From NCBI GenBank assembly GCA_041739525.1, contig JBGSNQ010000165.1:14706-78705 (forward strand): a stretch of 64,000 nucleotides of DNA, read 5' to 3'. Origin of the DNA: Pseudomonadales bacterium (GTDB taxonomy: Bacteria > Pseudomonadota > Gammaproteobacteria > Pseudomonadales > Azotimanducaceae). Of this stretch, positions 28,405-37,893 are shown piece after piece. The position numbers and the translations under genes were made by a program. Below the pieces are notes generated by a model that was given only the letters and a program-made list of their open reading frames with translations, made no database searches and was not told the DNA's origin. Each line of letters opens with the position of its first letter. The first letter of the stretch is position 1.

Positions 28405-29298
28405 TCATCGATAGAGTGCCCTGTAGCGCGTTGGCGTCATTCCCGTTTCGCGTCGAAACAGGAATGCAAAACGACTGGGACTGCCGAAACCGAGCGCATA
28501 CGTTAGGTTGGCGACACTGTCTTCAGTATCGCGCAACAGAGGCTTCGCGCATTCGACGCGCCGCCGAAGCACGTACTGGAGCGGCGGTAAACCGGTCGTG
28601 CGTTTGAAGTTGTGCGCGAACCGGTGATGGCTCAACCCGGCAACCTGCGCGAGTTCATCGATGCGAATCTCGTTCGTGATGTTGTCGTCGATGTATCTCG
28701 TGACGCGCCTCAACGCACACGGTGACATGCCCCCGGTGTGTTCCGACGATTTCGCGCGAGGCGCCGCGTATCGAGCGATGAGGTATGCAGCGAGCGCAGC
28801 GCCCAGTGCCTCACCATACACGCGGCCCGACGGATAGCCGGCGTTCGCCTCCGTTTCGAGGCCTTTGGCGATACGCACGATCTGCGGATCGTTCAGCGCG
28901 TAGTGCTCTTCGAACAGCGGTTCGGCAACGTTCGGTGCATCGACTGCCTGGGCCACGAACTCGGGCGTCAACGCCATCACGAGTTGCTCTTTCGGGCCGT
29001 GCCGAACCTGCAGCAGCGACCCGGCAGAGATCAGCGAGACTTCGCCCGGTGCAACCGACTGACGGTGATACTCGCCCGCGCGCTTCACCTCTACGACGGC
29101 AGGCGCCGACCGGTGCAGGATCACGGCGTGTTCGCGCAGATAGAACTCGCGTGTGTCGATATCGTGCTCGACGCGGTGTAGCTCTACGACCACACCACCC
29201 CAGCGCTCGCCGCTCGACCAAACCGTTGCCGCGTCATCGACGATCCGTACGGGATGTCCACTCTGAGGATCGCGCGTTGCGATATGACTGCGTTGCAT
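28405..29298 (-). CDS. AraC-family transcriptional regulator
   Basis: C-terminal double HTH (IDELAQVAGLSHHRFAHNFKRTTGLPPLQY...FGSPSRFAFLFRRETGMTP). Start at the ATG with AGGGGA upstream; GTG 29394 is an alternative. Confidence 0.85.
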   Translation of the reverse strand: MQRSHIATRDPQSGHPVRIVDDAATVWSSGERWGGVVVELHRVEHDIDTREFYLREHAVILHRSAPAVVEVKRAGEYHRQSVAPGEVSLISAGSLLQVRHGPKEQLVMALTPEFVAQAVDAPNVAEPLFEEHYALNDPQIVRIAKGLETEANAGYPSGRVYGEALGAALAAYLIARYAAPRAKSSEHTGGMSPCALRRVTRYIDDNITNEIRIDELAQVAGLSHHRFAHNFKRTTGLPPLQYVLRRRVECAKPLLRDTEDSVANLTYALGFGSPSRFAFLFRRETGMTPTRYRALYR

Positions 29299-29477
29299 CG
29301 TGTCGTCCCCTGCTACGTCGCCGCATTTAGCCGAGCGACCTGGTTCGACGCGATGGTGTAGAGCACACGCTGCCGGGACTGTGACCTGTGTCACGCTTCA
29401 ATGTAGGTCTCTGTCCACCACCCGACGAATTGCGGCGCGCCGTTCTCCTAGCAGTTCGGTCCAACGGCAGGAACGAG

Positions 29478-32400
29478 TTACGCCGCCGCCAGCGGCGCTG
29501 ACTGCTCTGCGGCGTCGGCCGCGTCCTTCGGTGCCAGCAACAGATACATCGCGGGCGTGACGATGCGTGCGATCAGAGTCGAACTGACAAGGCCACCAAT
29601 CAGCACCATCGCCAGCGGCGAATACAACGGCGAGTGTTCGAACACGAGCGGTGACAACCCGCCGATGGCCGTGAGCGAGGTCAGCAGAACCGGCAGGAAG
29701 CGCACCTCACCGGCGCGTTCGATGGCTTCTCGCAATCGCACGCCTTTGGCCCGCTGCTGGTTCGCGAACTCGACCAGCAGAATGGAGTTCTTGATCTCGA
29801 TGCCGACCAGCGCGACGAATCCGATTACCGCAGTGAACGACAACGATTCACCGGCGATCGCCAGTGCGATGAGGCCGCCCATGATGCCGAACGGAATCAC
29901 GAATGCGACCACCGCGGTCGTAGAGAACGACCGGAACTCGAGCAGCAGCACGGCGAGGATGCCGAACAGCGCGACCATCGTTGCCGGCAGCAGTCCGCCG
30001 AAGCTGCGCTCCTGCGCCTCCGCTGCGCCACCGAAGCTCAACGTGTAACCGGCGGGCATACGCAGGCTTGCGAGTTGTCTTGCAACATCCTGTGTCACGC
30101 TCGACGTCAGATGTCCGAACTCGGTGTATGCACGCACCGTGACCGTACGTTCACGCTCGAAACGGTCGATCCGCGCGGGACCCGACTTCAACTGCGGGTT
30201 TGCGAGTTCGGCAAGCGGCGACGCGGCGCCTTCGCCGTTCCACACGTACAGCCGGTCGAGGTCGCTCACCGACATCACGTCGGCGCGCGGCGCACGCAGA
30301 ATCACCGGATACGAGTCGCCAACCGGGTCGCGGAACTCGGCCACCGATACACCGCCGATGGCGACGCGCAGCGTCTGATCTATCGACCCGGCCGGAACGC
30401 CGCGTAAGCTTGCCGCGGCGCTGTCGATGTTCATGTCGAGATCGACCAGCCGCGCCGCCAACGGATTCGAAACATCGCGCGTACCGGGCGTGCCGCGCAC
30501 GATCCGCTCGACGTCGGCCGCGATCTCGGTGAGCGCCGCGATATCGGGCCCACGCACGCGCACCGCAATCGGCGCTTCGATCGGTGGACCGTTTTCGAAC
30601 CGGCGCACGTTGAAGCGCGCACCCGGATACGTCTTCAGCTTCGCGCGTAGCGCCTCGAGCGTTGCATGTCCCGACACCGATTCCCAACGATCGAACCGAA
30701 CGTAGATGGAGCCGACGTTCGACTGCTGCTCTTCCGGTATCACGTTGTAGTAGATCTGAGGGTTACCGCGGCCGGTGTTGGCGAATCGCCAGACGAAATG
30801 CGGTTCTGCCGCGATCACACCGTCGGCGAACAGCACCGCGCGATCCGTTTCACTCACGGCGGTGCCCTGCGGCAACTCGACATCCACCAGGAAGTAAGGG
30901 CTGTCGTTTTCCGGGAACAGACTGAAGCCGAGTTTCGGCACCAGCGTCAGCGTTGCCGCAACGAGCAATAGCGAGACGGCAACCGTGCTGCGCGGCCAGC
31001 CGAGTGCTACGTGCAGCGCCGGCCGATAGATGCGGTGGATGCCGCGCATCACTACATCGAGGAAAACGTTGGTGTGACCCGCACCGGAACTCGGCAGCGC
31101 GCGGCTAGCCAGAAACGGCACGATCGTCAGCGAAACGATCAACGACGACGCGATGGTGCACACCACTGCCACCGGCAACGAGCGGATGAAGTCGCCGGCC
31201 CCTTCCGGTAGCGACATCAACGGCACGAACGCGAGCAGGAGCGTGGCTGTACAACCGACCACGGCGATGTTGATTTCGGATACACCTGCGATCGCTGCTT
31301 CGCGCGGCGCAAGCCCTTCGCGCAAACGTCGTGCGATGTTCTCGGTAACGACGATCGAATCGTCCACCAACAGCCCAAGCGCAAGCACGAACCCGGCAAT
31401 CGAAAGCTGGTTCAGTGAATAGCCGAGGAATTGCAGCGCGACCACACCCATCGACAACGACAGCGGAATCGACACCATTACGACGAGCGACGCACGATAG
31501 CCGAGCGGCAGCAGTGTCAGCAGCACGAGCCCTATCGCGATCAGGAAGTCGCGGCCAAGCGAGCCCAGCCGGTGCTCCACCGTCACCGCCTGATCGAAAC
31601 CGCGTTCGAGCCGGATCTCCGGCGGCAAGCGCGGTTCGAACCCATCGACCTGCGCGCGCACGCCGTCGATCACGTCGAATACGGTAGCCCCGAGCTTGGC
31701 GCGCGCGGTGACGAACAACGCGCGTTCGCCGTTGAAGCGGGTGATGTGGCTTCGCTGGTCGTTCGACCACGCAACATCGGCAACATCGCCCACTGTGACC
31801 ACTGAGCCTTCACTGGATCGCAGCACCACGCTGCGTATTTCATCGAGGCTGTCGAATGAACCGGTGGCCTCGACGTTGAATCGGCGCCCTCCCGATTCAA
31901 CTGCACCGATCGGTGCATCCAGACCTTCGCGCGTCAACGCATCGGCAACGGCCGTGAGCGGCAAGCGATACGCGGCAAGCCGGTCGAGATCCGCGGCCAC
32001 GCGCACTTCGGCGGCAGGCACGCCCCAGATCTCCGAGTGTTGTACACCGGGCGCACGCTCGATCGCGTCGCGCAGATCGCGTGCATAACCTTCCATGCGC
32101 CGGAACGAGGCCGTTTCGCTGACCAGCGCCATCTGTACGACGTTCGTCTGCGCGGGATTGCGGCGGTCCGCCCGCACCAGTGTAACGCCGTCAGGGAGGC
32201 TGGACCGCACGACGTTCAACTCGCGCACCACCTCGTCGTACTTCTTCTCCGGCTCGGAACCGTAGATGAACTCGACGCCTATGGTCGCGACACCGGCGCG
32301 ACTGCCCGAAGTAATCTGTCGAACGTCTTCGAGACCGTTCAGTGCGTTCTCGATAGGGATCGCGATGAGGCGTTCGATCTGCTCGGCGTCGGCGCCGGGC

Positions 32401-32555
32401 AACAGCACCACCACACCGACGGCGGGGAAACGCGTGATCGGGTCTTCCGATTTCGCGATGTTGCGTACCGAACTGGTACCGAGCGCGATCAGCAGCGCGA
32501 ACATCACCAGCGTGAATTGCCAGCGATCGACGAAGAACCGGGTGATCGCGTCCAT
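29478..32555 (-). CDS. RND efflux transporter permease (AcrB/HAE family)
   Basis: 1025 aa with 12-TM, two-large-loop architecture and typical RND sequence throughout. Confidence 0.95.
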   Translation of the reverse strand: MDAITRFFVDRWQFTLVMFALLIALGTSSVRNIAKSEDPITRFPAVGVVVLLPGADAEQIERLIAIPIENALNGLEDVRQITSGSRAGVATIGVEFIYGSEPEKKYDEVVRELNVVRSSLPDGVTLVRADRRNPAQTNVVQMALVSETASFRRMEGYARDLRDAIERAPGVQHSEIWGVPAAEVRVAADLDRLAAYRLPLTAVADALTREGLDAPIGAVESGGRRFNVEATGSFDSLDEIRSVVLRSSEGSVVTVGDVADVAWSNDQRSHITRFNGERALFVTARAKLGATVFDVIDGVRAQVDGFEPRLPPEIRLERGFDQAVTVEHRLGSLGRDFLIAIGLVLLTLLPLGYRASLVVMVSIPLSLSMGVVALQFLGYSLNQLSIAGFVLALGLLVDDSIVVTENIARRLREGLAPREAAIAGVSEINIAVVGCTATLLLAFVPLMSLPEGAGDFIRSLPVAVVCTIASSLIVSLTIVPFLASRALPSSGAGHTNVFLDVVMRGIHRIYRPALHVALGWPRSTVAVSLLLVAATLTLVPKLGFSLFPENDSPYFLVDVELPQGTAVSETDRAVLFADGVIAAEPHFVWRFANTGRGNPQIYYNVIPEEQQSNVGSIYVRFDRWESVSGHATLEALRAKLKTYPGARFNVRRFENGPPIEAPIAVRVRGPDIAALTEIAADVERIVRGTPGTRDVSNPLAARLVDLDMNIDSAAASLRGVPAGSIDQTLRVAIGGVSVAEFRDPVGDSYPVILRAPRADVMSVSDLDRLYVWNGEGAASPLAELANPQLKSGPARIDRFERERTVTVRAYTEFGHLTSSVTQDVARQLASLRMPAGYTLSFGGAAEAQERSFGGLLPATMVALFGILAVLLLEFRSFSTTAVVAFVIPFGIMGGLIALAIAGESLSFTAVIGFVALVGIEIKNSILLVEFANQQRAKGVRLREAIERAGEVRFLPVLLTSLTAIGGLSPLVFEHSPLYSPLAMVLIGGLVSSTLIARIVTPAMYLLLAPKDAADAAEQSAPLAAA

Positions 32556-33634
32556 CAGCCGGGCTGCGCGATCCGCACCGGCTCGCCATCTCTGACGTAA
32601 GCGGCACCGGCCGCTACTACGCGCTCACCCACTTCGAGACCGGACACGACCAGCACGCCGTCGCGGGCGATGCCGGACGTCTGCACCGCGCGGCGGCGCG
32701 CGATGTTGTCGCCATCTACTACGAATACGGTGCCTTGGTCGGCACGACCGTCGAGCAGCGACAACGTCGGCACGATCAGCGCGATTTGCGCATCCGCTGC
32801 CGCGGCCACGGCAATTTCGACCTGCGCTACTTGTCCGCTGCGCAGCCCAACAGGATCATCGGGGCGCACTTCGACTTCGAACGCGCCGGTCGCATCGTCG
32901 CTTTTCGCGGCTACGCGCACGACCTTGGCGGCGCGTTGCGGCAGTCCGGCAATCTGCACCGTTGCAATGCTGCCAACGTCGACTCGGGCCGCCGCGCGCG
33001 ATGCCACTGCCGCACGCACGACCATGCCCTGCGCCGTTTCGCCGAGCACGAGGATCGGCGTACCTGCATTGACCATCTGTGCGGGTTCGGCCTGCCGCCG
33101 CAACACCACGCCGGACGCAGGCGCCGTGAGCAACGTACTTTCCTGCGCACGCTCCACTGCAAGTCGCGCATCGTCCACCGCGGTTTGCGATATAAAGCCT
33201 TTCTCGAACAGCGCCTGATTGCGCGCGAGCAGGCGCTCGGCGTTCTCGCGCGCTTGCGTTGCTTCCGTCGGATTGGAGCCGACGCTGGTACGGCGCAACG
33301 AGGCAAGCTGTTGCCCGGGAACGACCACATCGCCCGTGTCGACCCGCAGCGACAGAATCACCCCGGGGGCATTGAAGGACAGTTCGGTCTCGCGCTTGTA
33401 GCCGACCAGGCCGCTGGCGCGAATCGCGCCGGCGTCCACGGCACTGGCGACCGAAACCACCGAAACGACCGGCCGAAGGTCGGGCGGCGGCGCGAGTTCG
33501 CTGGGACGCGCCTCTCCACAACCCGACAGCAGGGCCGCCACCGCGGCAGACAGCACAATCGCAACGACTACACCAAAGGCCGAGTTCGCTACTGGCCATC
33601 GCAGGTGCTCAGAACGGCACGAGTTCGAATGCAT
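32555..33634 (-). CDS. RND efflux periplasmic adaptor (membrane-fusion protein), lipoprotein
   Basis: Lipobox LLSGC, coiled-coil and beta-barrel MFP pattern. Its stop overlaps the RND start. Confidence 0.9.
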   Translation of the reverse strand: MHSNSCRSEHLRWPVANSAFGVVVAIVLSAAVAALLSGCGEARPSELAPPPDLRPVVSVVSVASAVDAGAIRASGLVGYKRETELSFNAPGVILSLRVDTGDVVVPGQQLASLRRTSVGSNPTEATQARENAERLLARNQALFEKGFISQTAVDDARLAVERAQESTLLTAPASGVVLRRQAEPAQMVNAGTPILVLGETAQGMVVRAAVASRAAARVDVGSIATVQIAGLPQRAAKVVRVAAKSDDATGAFEVEVRPDDPVGLRSGQVAQVEIAVAAAADAQIALIVPTLSLLDGRADQGTVFVVDGDNIARRRAVQTSGIARDGVLVVSGLEVGERVVAAGAAYVRDGEPVRIAQPG

Positions 33635-33662
33635 CGCCGATCCTCCTTTCAGTCCTGGGTCT

Positions 33663-33709
33663 TGACACTGTCAGGTGGGTAGTTTCGTAACACTACTTGA
33701 CATTGTCAA
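33663..33709. promoter_or_regulatory. twin palindromic operator candidates between the RND operon and TetR
   Basis: TGACACTGTCA (33663-33673) and TTGACATTGTCAA (33697-33709). Both embed TTGACA-like -35 hexamers. Confidence 0.5.
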
Positions 33710-33733
33710 GGCAGAACGCGAGGATCGCGCGCC

Positions 33734-34321
33734 ATGTCAGCTGATCTGCGCCGCGTCGTTCTCGACGCGAGCCTTGACCTTATTCAGGAAGAGGGGCTCG
33801 CGGCTTTGAGCATGCGCGAAGTGGCGCGCCGCGCGGGTGTCAGCCACCAGGCGCCGTACCACCACTTTCGCGATCGCGAAGGAATTCTCGCGGCCATCGC
33901 GATGGACGGCTTCATCAAGCTGCACAAGGGCATGATGAAAGCCGTGGCGCCCCTCACCGACCCGGTCGACCGCCTGAACGCCGTCGGCGGCGCCTACCTC
34001 ACGTTCGCCGTGCGCAATCAGGCGCATTTCAAGATCATGTTCCGCTCCGAACTGGTTGCGATCGACAAGCACGAAGCGCTGAAGGAGCGTGCCGATGCCG
34101 CATTCGACTTCGTCACCTCGATCGTTGCCGAAGTCGCGCAGCGGCGCGGTGCGAAGGACACGCTGCCGCTCGTCATCGCCGCCTGGTCGCTGGCGCACGG
34201 CGCCGCCACGCTGCTGCTCGAAGGCAAACTCGATCACCGCTATGGAAACACCGACAAGCAACGTATGGCCGGTGCGATGGCAGCGATCGAAGCTTTCGGT
34301 AACCTGATGGCCCGGGACTGA
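33734..34321 (+). CDS. TetR/AcrR-family transcriptional regulator
   Basis: HTH LSMREVARRAGVSHQAPYHHFRDREG. Divergent from the efflux operon. Confidence 0.9.
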   Translation: MSADLRRVVLDASLDLIQEEGLAALSMREVARRAGVSHQAPYHHFRDREGILAAIAMDGFIKLHKGMMKAVAPLTDPVDRLNAVGGAYLTFAVRNQAHFKIMFRSELVAIDKHEALKERADAAFDFVTSIVAEVAQRRGAKDTLPLVIAAWSLAHGAATLLLEGKLDHRYGNTDKQRMAGAMAAIEAFGNLMARD

Positions 34322-34329
34322 GGCCGCCC

Positions 34330-34716
34330 ATGAAACTCCGCATCGTCGACGACTCGATCCGGTTGCGCCTCACGGTGTCGGAAGTGGCGTCGATCGCGCG
34401 CGGTGCTGCAGTCGAGTCGCGCACCCGCTTTCCTTCCGCAACGCTCGACTACGCCCTGTGGGTTGCCGACGTACCGCACATCGCCGCACGCTTCGACGCC
34501 GCGCGCATCGCGATCACTCTGCCGCGGGCGGTCGCCTCACGCTGGGCCGGCAGCAACGAGGTATCGCTTCATGGCGAACAGCAGATCGGCGACGGCGTGT
34601 TGCGGATCCTCGTGGAGAAGGACTTCACCTGTGTGGAACCGCGCGAGGGTGAGGATCAGGGAGATCTGTATCCGAATCCGAAGAGCGTTTCGGCGAAGGT
34701 GTCCGACGGCGCTTAG
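34330..34716 (+). CDS. hypothetical protein
   Basis: 128-aa ORF 9 nt after the TetR stop, with coding-like composition and no motif I can name. Confidence 0.55.
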   Translation: MKLRIVDDSIRLRLTVSEVASIARGAAVESRTRFPSATLDYALWVADVPHIAARFDAARIAITLPRAVASRWAGSNEVSLHGEQQIGDGVLRILVEKDFTCVEPREGEDQGDLYPNPKSVSAKVSDGA

Positions 34717-35258
34717 CGCGCGCAGAGTTTCTGTATTTCGCCGATTGCGCGCGATGAGCCGACCAGCGAGATGTGGTACGAACGCTCGCCGTCAGCCAGC
34801 AACAACAGTTCGAGGCTTTTTCCGTTGCGCATGCCACGGACGATTTCGTTCGCCGAGGATTGTGGTACGACCATCGCATTGCCTCGCGGATTGAGCCGCC
34901 ACCGAGCGGCCTTCATCGGACCGTTGTCGAATTTCCAGCGAACTTCCTCGGAACTCAGCAATTCACCATTCTCGAGCATGAATCGAACGTCGATCTCGCC
35001 GGTTGCGCTCCAGCACCGAACCGTCGCAGTGACGACGTCACCGCCAACGGGCTCGGACGTTTGCGACGCGGCGCCGACGACACCGGCTTTGTGCATCGGA
35101 TCGGCGTACTGCTCGAATCGCCAGTCGAGCGGCGGCAACTCAGACACGGCGGCGAATGAAACACCCGAAATCACCACGATTCCGCCGCCGAAGAGCCACG
35201 CGACAAGTCTCCGGAACCCGATTCCGGCGCGATGCGGTGGCGACGTGGTCCTGCTCAT
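34713..35258 (-). CDS. hypothetical membrane-anchored protein
   Basis: 181 aa with an N-terminal TM (LVAWLFGGGIVVISGVSFAAV). The ATG overlaps the upstream stop (ATGA). Confidence 0.6.
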   Translation of the reverse strand: MSRTTSPPHRAGIGFRRLVAWLFGGGIVVISGVSFAAVSELPPLDWRFEQYADPMHKAGVVGAASQTSEPVGGDVVTATVRCWSATGEIDVRFMLENGELLSSEEVRWKFDNGPMKAARWRLNPRGNAMVVPQSSANEIVRGMRNGKSLELLLLADGERSYHISLVGSSRAIGEIQKLCAR

Positions 35259-36052
35259 CGTCCGCGGAACTGCGGGCTGCGCTTCTCCGCGAACGCGCGT
35301 CGCCCTTCTTTGTAATCCTCGCTGTTGAAGCACGCATCGACCAGCGGCGCCACGTCGCGCGCCGCTTCGAGGTTCGAGTAGCGCTCGTACGCATTGATCG
35401 AAGCTTTCGACGCGCGGATCGTCAGCGGTGCGTTCGCGGCTATCGTCGCGGCATACGCACGCACGCGCGCCTCGAGCTGCTCGTCGGGGACTACGAAGTT
35501 GATCAACCCGATGCGCAACGCTTCGTCCGCTTCGAGAAAACGGGCGCTGAACAGGATGTCGCGCGCGGACGATGGACCCACGAGGCGCGCCAGCGCCGCG
35601 GTGCCCGCGTATTCGTAGCCGAGTCCGAGTTTCGCGGCGGGAATGCCGAATCGCGAACCCGGCGTTGCGAACCGCACGTCGGCATTCAGCGCAATGGCAA
35701 GACCACCACCGATGCAGAAGCCCTGGATCATTGCGATGAACGGCTTTTCCAGATGCGAAAGCCAATGATGACCGCGCCCGGAAATTTCGCCGTATTCCTT
35801 ACGCTGCTGCGCATTCGCGCGGTGCTGATCGAACTCCGAGATGTCCGCGCCGGCCGCGAACGCTTTTCCGCCCGCGCCTTTCATCACCACCACTCGCACG
35901 TCGTCGTCCTTTTGAAACGCTTCGAGTGCATCGCCGATGCCCTGCCACATCTCCAACGACACCGCGTTGCGCCGCTGCGGATGGTTGAACGTCAACCAGC
36001 CGATGCCGCCTTCGACGTCCGCCAGAATCTTCTCGGTCTTCAGTTTGATCAT
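35255..36052 (-). CDS. enoyl-CoA hydratase/isomerase (crotonase family)
   Basis: VVVMKGAGGKAFAAGADI..., FIAMIQGFCIGGGLAIAL oxyanion-hole pattern. Confidence 0.9.
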   Translation of the reverse strand: MIKLKTEKILADVEGGIGWLTFNHPQRRNAVSLEMWQGIGDALEAFQKDDDVRVVVMKGAGGKAFAAGADISEFDQHRANAQQRKEYGEISGRGHHWLSHLEKPFIAMIQGFCIGGGLAIALNADVRFATPGSRFGIPAAKLGLGYEYAGTAALARLVGPSSARDILFSARFLEADEALRIGLINFVVPDEQLEARVRAYAATIAANAPLTIRASKASINAYERYSNLEAARDVAPLVDACFNSEDYKEGRRAFAEKRSPQFRGR

Positions 36053-37251
36053 GAAATGGCTCCTGCCTGCGTGAGGCGTTCGATTTCAGCCGCAGCGATA
36101 CCGAACTCGCGCAGCACTTCGTGGGTGTGTTCACCGGGATCGGGCCCGGCGTGATGAAAACGTTCCGCGGCTGGAAACAGCGACAGGTTGATCGGCGAGC
36201 GCACCAGCTCGATGTCACCGAGATCTTTGTGCGGCGCCGGGCGGGTCATCCGCAGGTGTTTCACCTGAGCGTCCTCGAATGCTTCGCCGATGGTGTAGAT
36301 GGGTCCGCACGGAACACCGACCGGATTCAAGCGCTCCACCAGCTGCGCCGTCGTGAACCGTCGCGTGACCTCGCTAACGGATTCATTCAGGCGCTGCCGA
36401 TTCCGGAATCGCGAACGCCCATCGGCATACGCGGGATCGAGCAGCAGTTCCGGTGCGTCGAGCGCCTCGCAGAAACTCTTCCACATCTTACCGGTACTCG
36501 CCGCGAGATTGACGAGGCCATCCTTGGATTCATACGTGCCCATCGGCACCTGCACGGGATGGAAGTTGCCCTGTTTGCCCGGAATTTCCTTGTTCATCGT
36601 GTACCGCGCGCCCTGGAAATCGAGCTTGCTCAACATGCCTTCCAGCAACGACGTGTGCACCCATTGGCCCTCGCCGGTACGCTCGCGATGCAGCAGCGCG
36701 AGCAGAATGCCCTGCCCCAGAAACATCCCGGCGGTCGTGTCGGAAATCGCGATGCCCACGCGCATCGGCGGCGCACCCGGCTCGCCGGTAATCGACATCA
36801 GGCCGCTCATACCTTGCACGATCTGATCGACGCCGGGCCGATCGCCATACGGCCCGTCCTGGCCGAAACCGGAAATGCTGGCAAGAATGATGCGCGGATT
36901 GATCACGCGCAGTTGCGGGTAGTCGATACCGAGCCGCGACTTCACATCTGCGCGAAAATTCTCCACCACGACGTCAGCACGCGCGACGAGTTGCCGAAAC
37001 AGTGTGGCCCCGTCAGCGTGTTTGAGATCGATGCACACGCCGCGTTTGTTGCGATGCAGATTCTGATCGTCCGGGCCATGACGCACACCGGTCACCGAAC
37101 CACCGGATCCGTCGCGCCCGGCGGGCGGTTCGATCTTGATGACGTCGGCGCCCCAGTCTGCCAACAACCGCACCGCAGTAGGCCCGGCGCGCGCGATTGT
37201 CAGATCGAGCACCACGCAATCCGACAACGGCAGTGATGGTTCGTTCGTCAT
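36049..37251 (-). CDS. family III CoA-transferase (CaiB/BaiF-type)
   Basis: VVLDLTIARAGPTAVRLLADWGADVIKIEPP... typical N-terminus. Start trimmed to MTNEPS. ATGA overlaps at both ends. Confidence 0.9.
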   Translation of the reverse strand: MTNEPSLPLSDCVVLDLTIARAGPTAVRLLADWGADVIKIEPPAGRDGSGGSVTGVRHGPDDQNLHRNKRGVCIDLKHADGATLFRQLVARADVVVENFRADVKSRLGIDYPQLRVINPRIILASISGFGQDGPYGDRPGVDQIVQGMSGLMSITGEPGAPPMRVGIAISDTTAGMFLGQGILLALLHRERTGEGQWVHTSLLEGMLSKLDFQGARYTMNKEIPGKQGNFHPVQVPMGTYESKDGLVNLAASTGKMWKSFCEALDAPELLLDPAYADGRSRFRNRQRLNESVSEVTRRFTTAQLVERLNPVGVPCGPIYTIGEAFEDAQVKHLRMTRPAPHKDLGDIELVRSPINLSLFPAAERFHHAGPDPGEHTHEVLREFGIAAAEIERLTQAGAIS

Positions 37252-37799
37252 TGCTGGTAACCCTCCTCCGAATGCTCCGGTGCGGCGTCTGCGGTCATCT
37301 TTGCGTACGCTTCCGGCTCCAACAGCGGCAGCTTGCGCAGGAACGCGACGAGGCTCCAGATGACATCGTCGTCGCGCGTCATGCCCCACGCCGGCATCGC
37401 CGACGACTTGATGCCGTGCTTGATGATCCAGAAGCGTCGCGCCGCAGCGGCCTCGCCGTCGTCGCGCGCGAACTCCGCGCCCGCGAGCGGGGGCGCAACG
37501 GGATACAGCCCCTTTCGGAACTCGTTATCGGCTACCCCCGGGGCGAGATGGCAGCCCACGCACAGGTGAGCGTATTCCTTCGCGCCGGCAGCCAGGAGCG
37601 TCGGCGAATCGAGGTCCGGCACCTTGATGCCGATGGCCCGCACGGCGATCGAGCGTTCGCGCGTGGTCTGCGCGACCCATCGGAAGACGACGCCGTGCGG
37701 CGCATCCGCCGCCACGTCGAAAACACCGACATAGACATAGGCCAACGCGGCCAGCACGACCACCAGCAACGTCACCACCACCACTCTCAACGTGGTCAT
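37248..37799 (-). CDS. membrane-anchored mono-haem c-type cytochrome
   Basis: N-terminal TM, CVGCH haem site, distal SSAMPAWG Met region. Confidence 0.8.
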   Translation of the reverse strand: MTTLRVVVVTLLVVVLAALAYVYVGVFDVAADAPHGVVFRWVAQTTRERSIAVRAIGIKVPDLDSPTLLAAGAKEYAHLCVGCHLAPGVADNEFRKGLYPVAPPLAGAEFARDDGEAAAARRFWIIKHGIKSSAMPAWGMTRDDDVIWSLVAFLRKLPLLEPEAYAKMTADAAPEHSEEGYQQ

Positions 37800-37893
37800 C
37801 GCCCTTCTCCGGGACTAGCGCGCACGCGCCGGCATCATGTGGACCCGATAAAACGTGTCCGGCCCCAAGGAAGACGAGCGTCGCCTCCGCGCC

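Noticed and set aside
31620-31640. tRNA-like GGTTCGAACCC T-arm motif
   Set aside because: It lies inside the RND permease coding sequence, with no acceptor or anticodon arms around it. No tRNA genes were found in the window.
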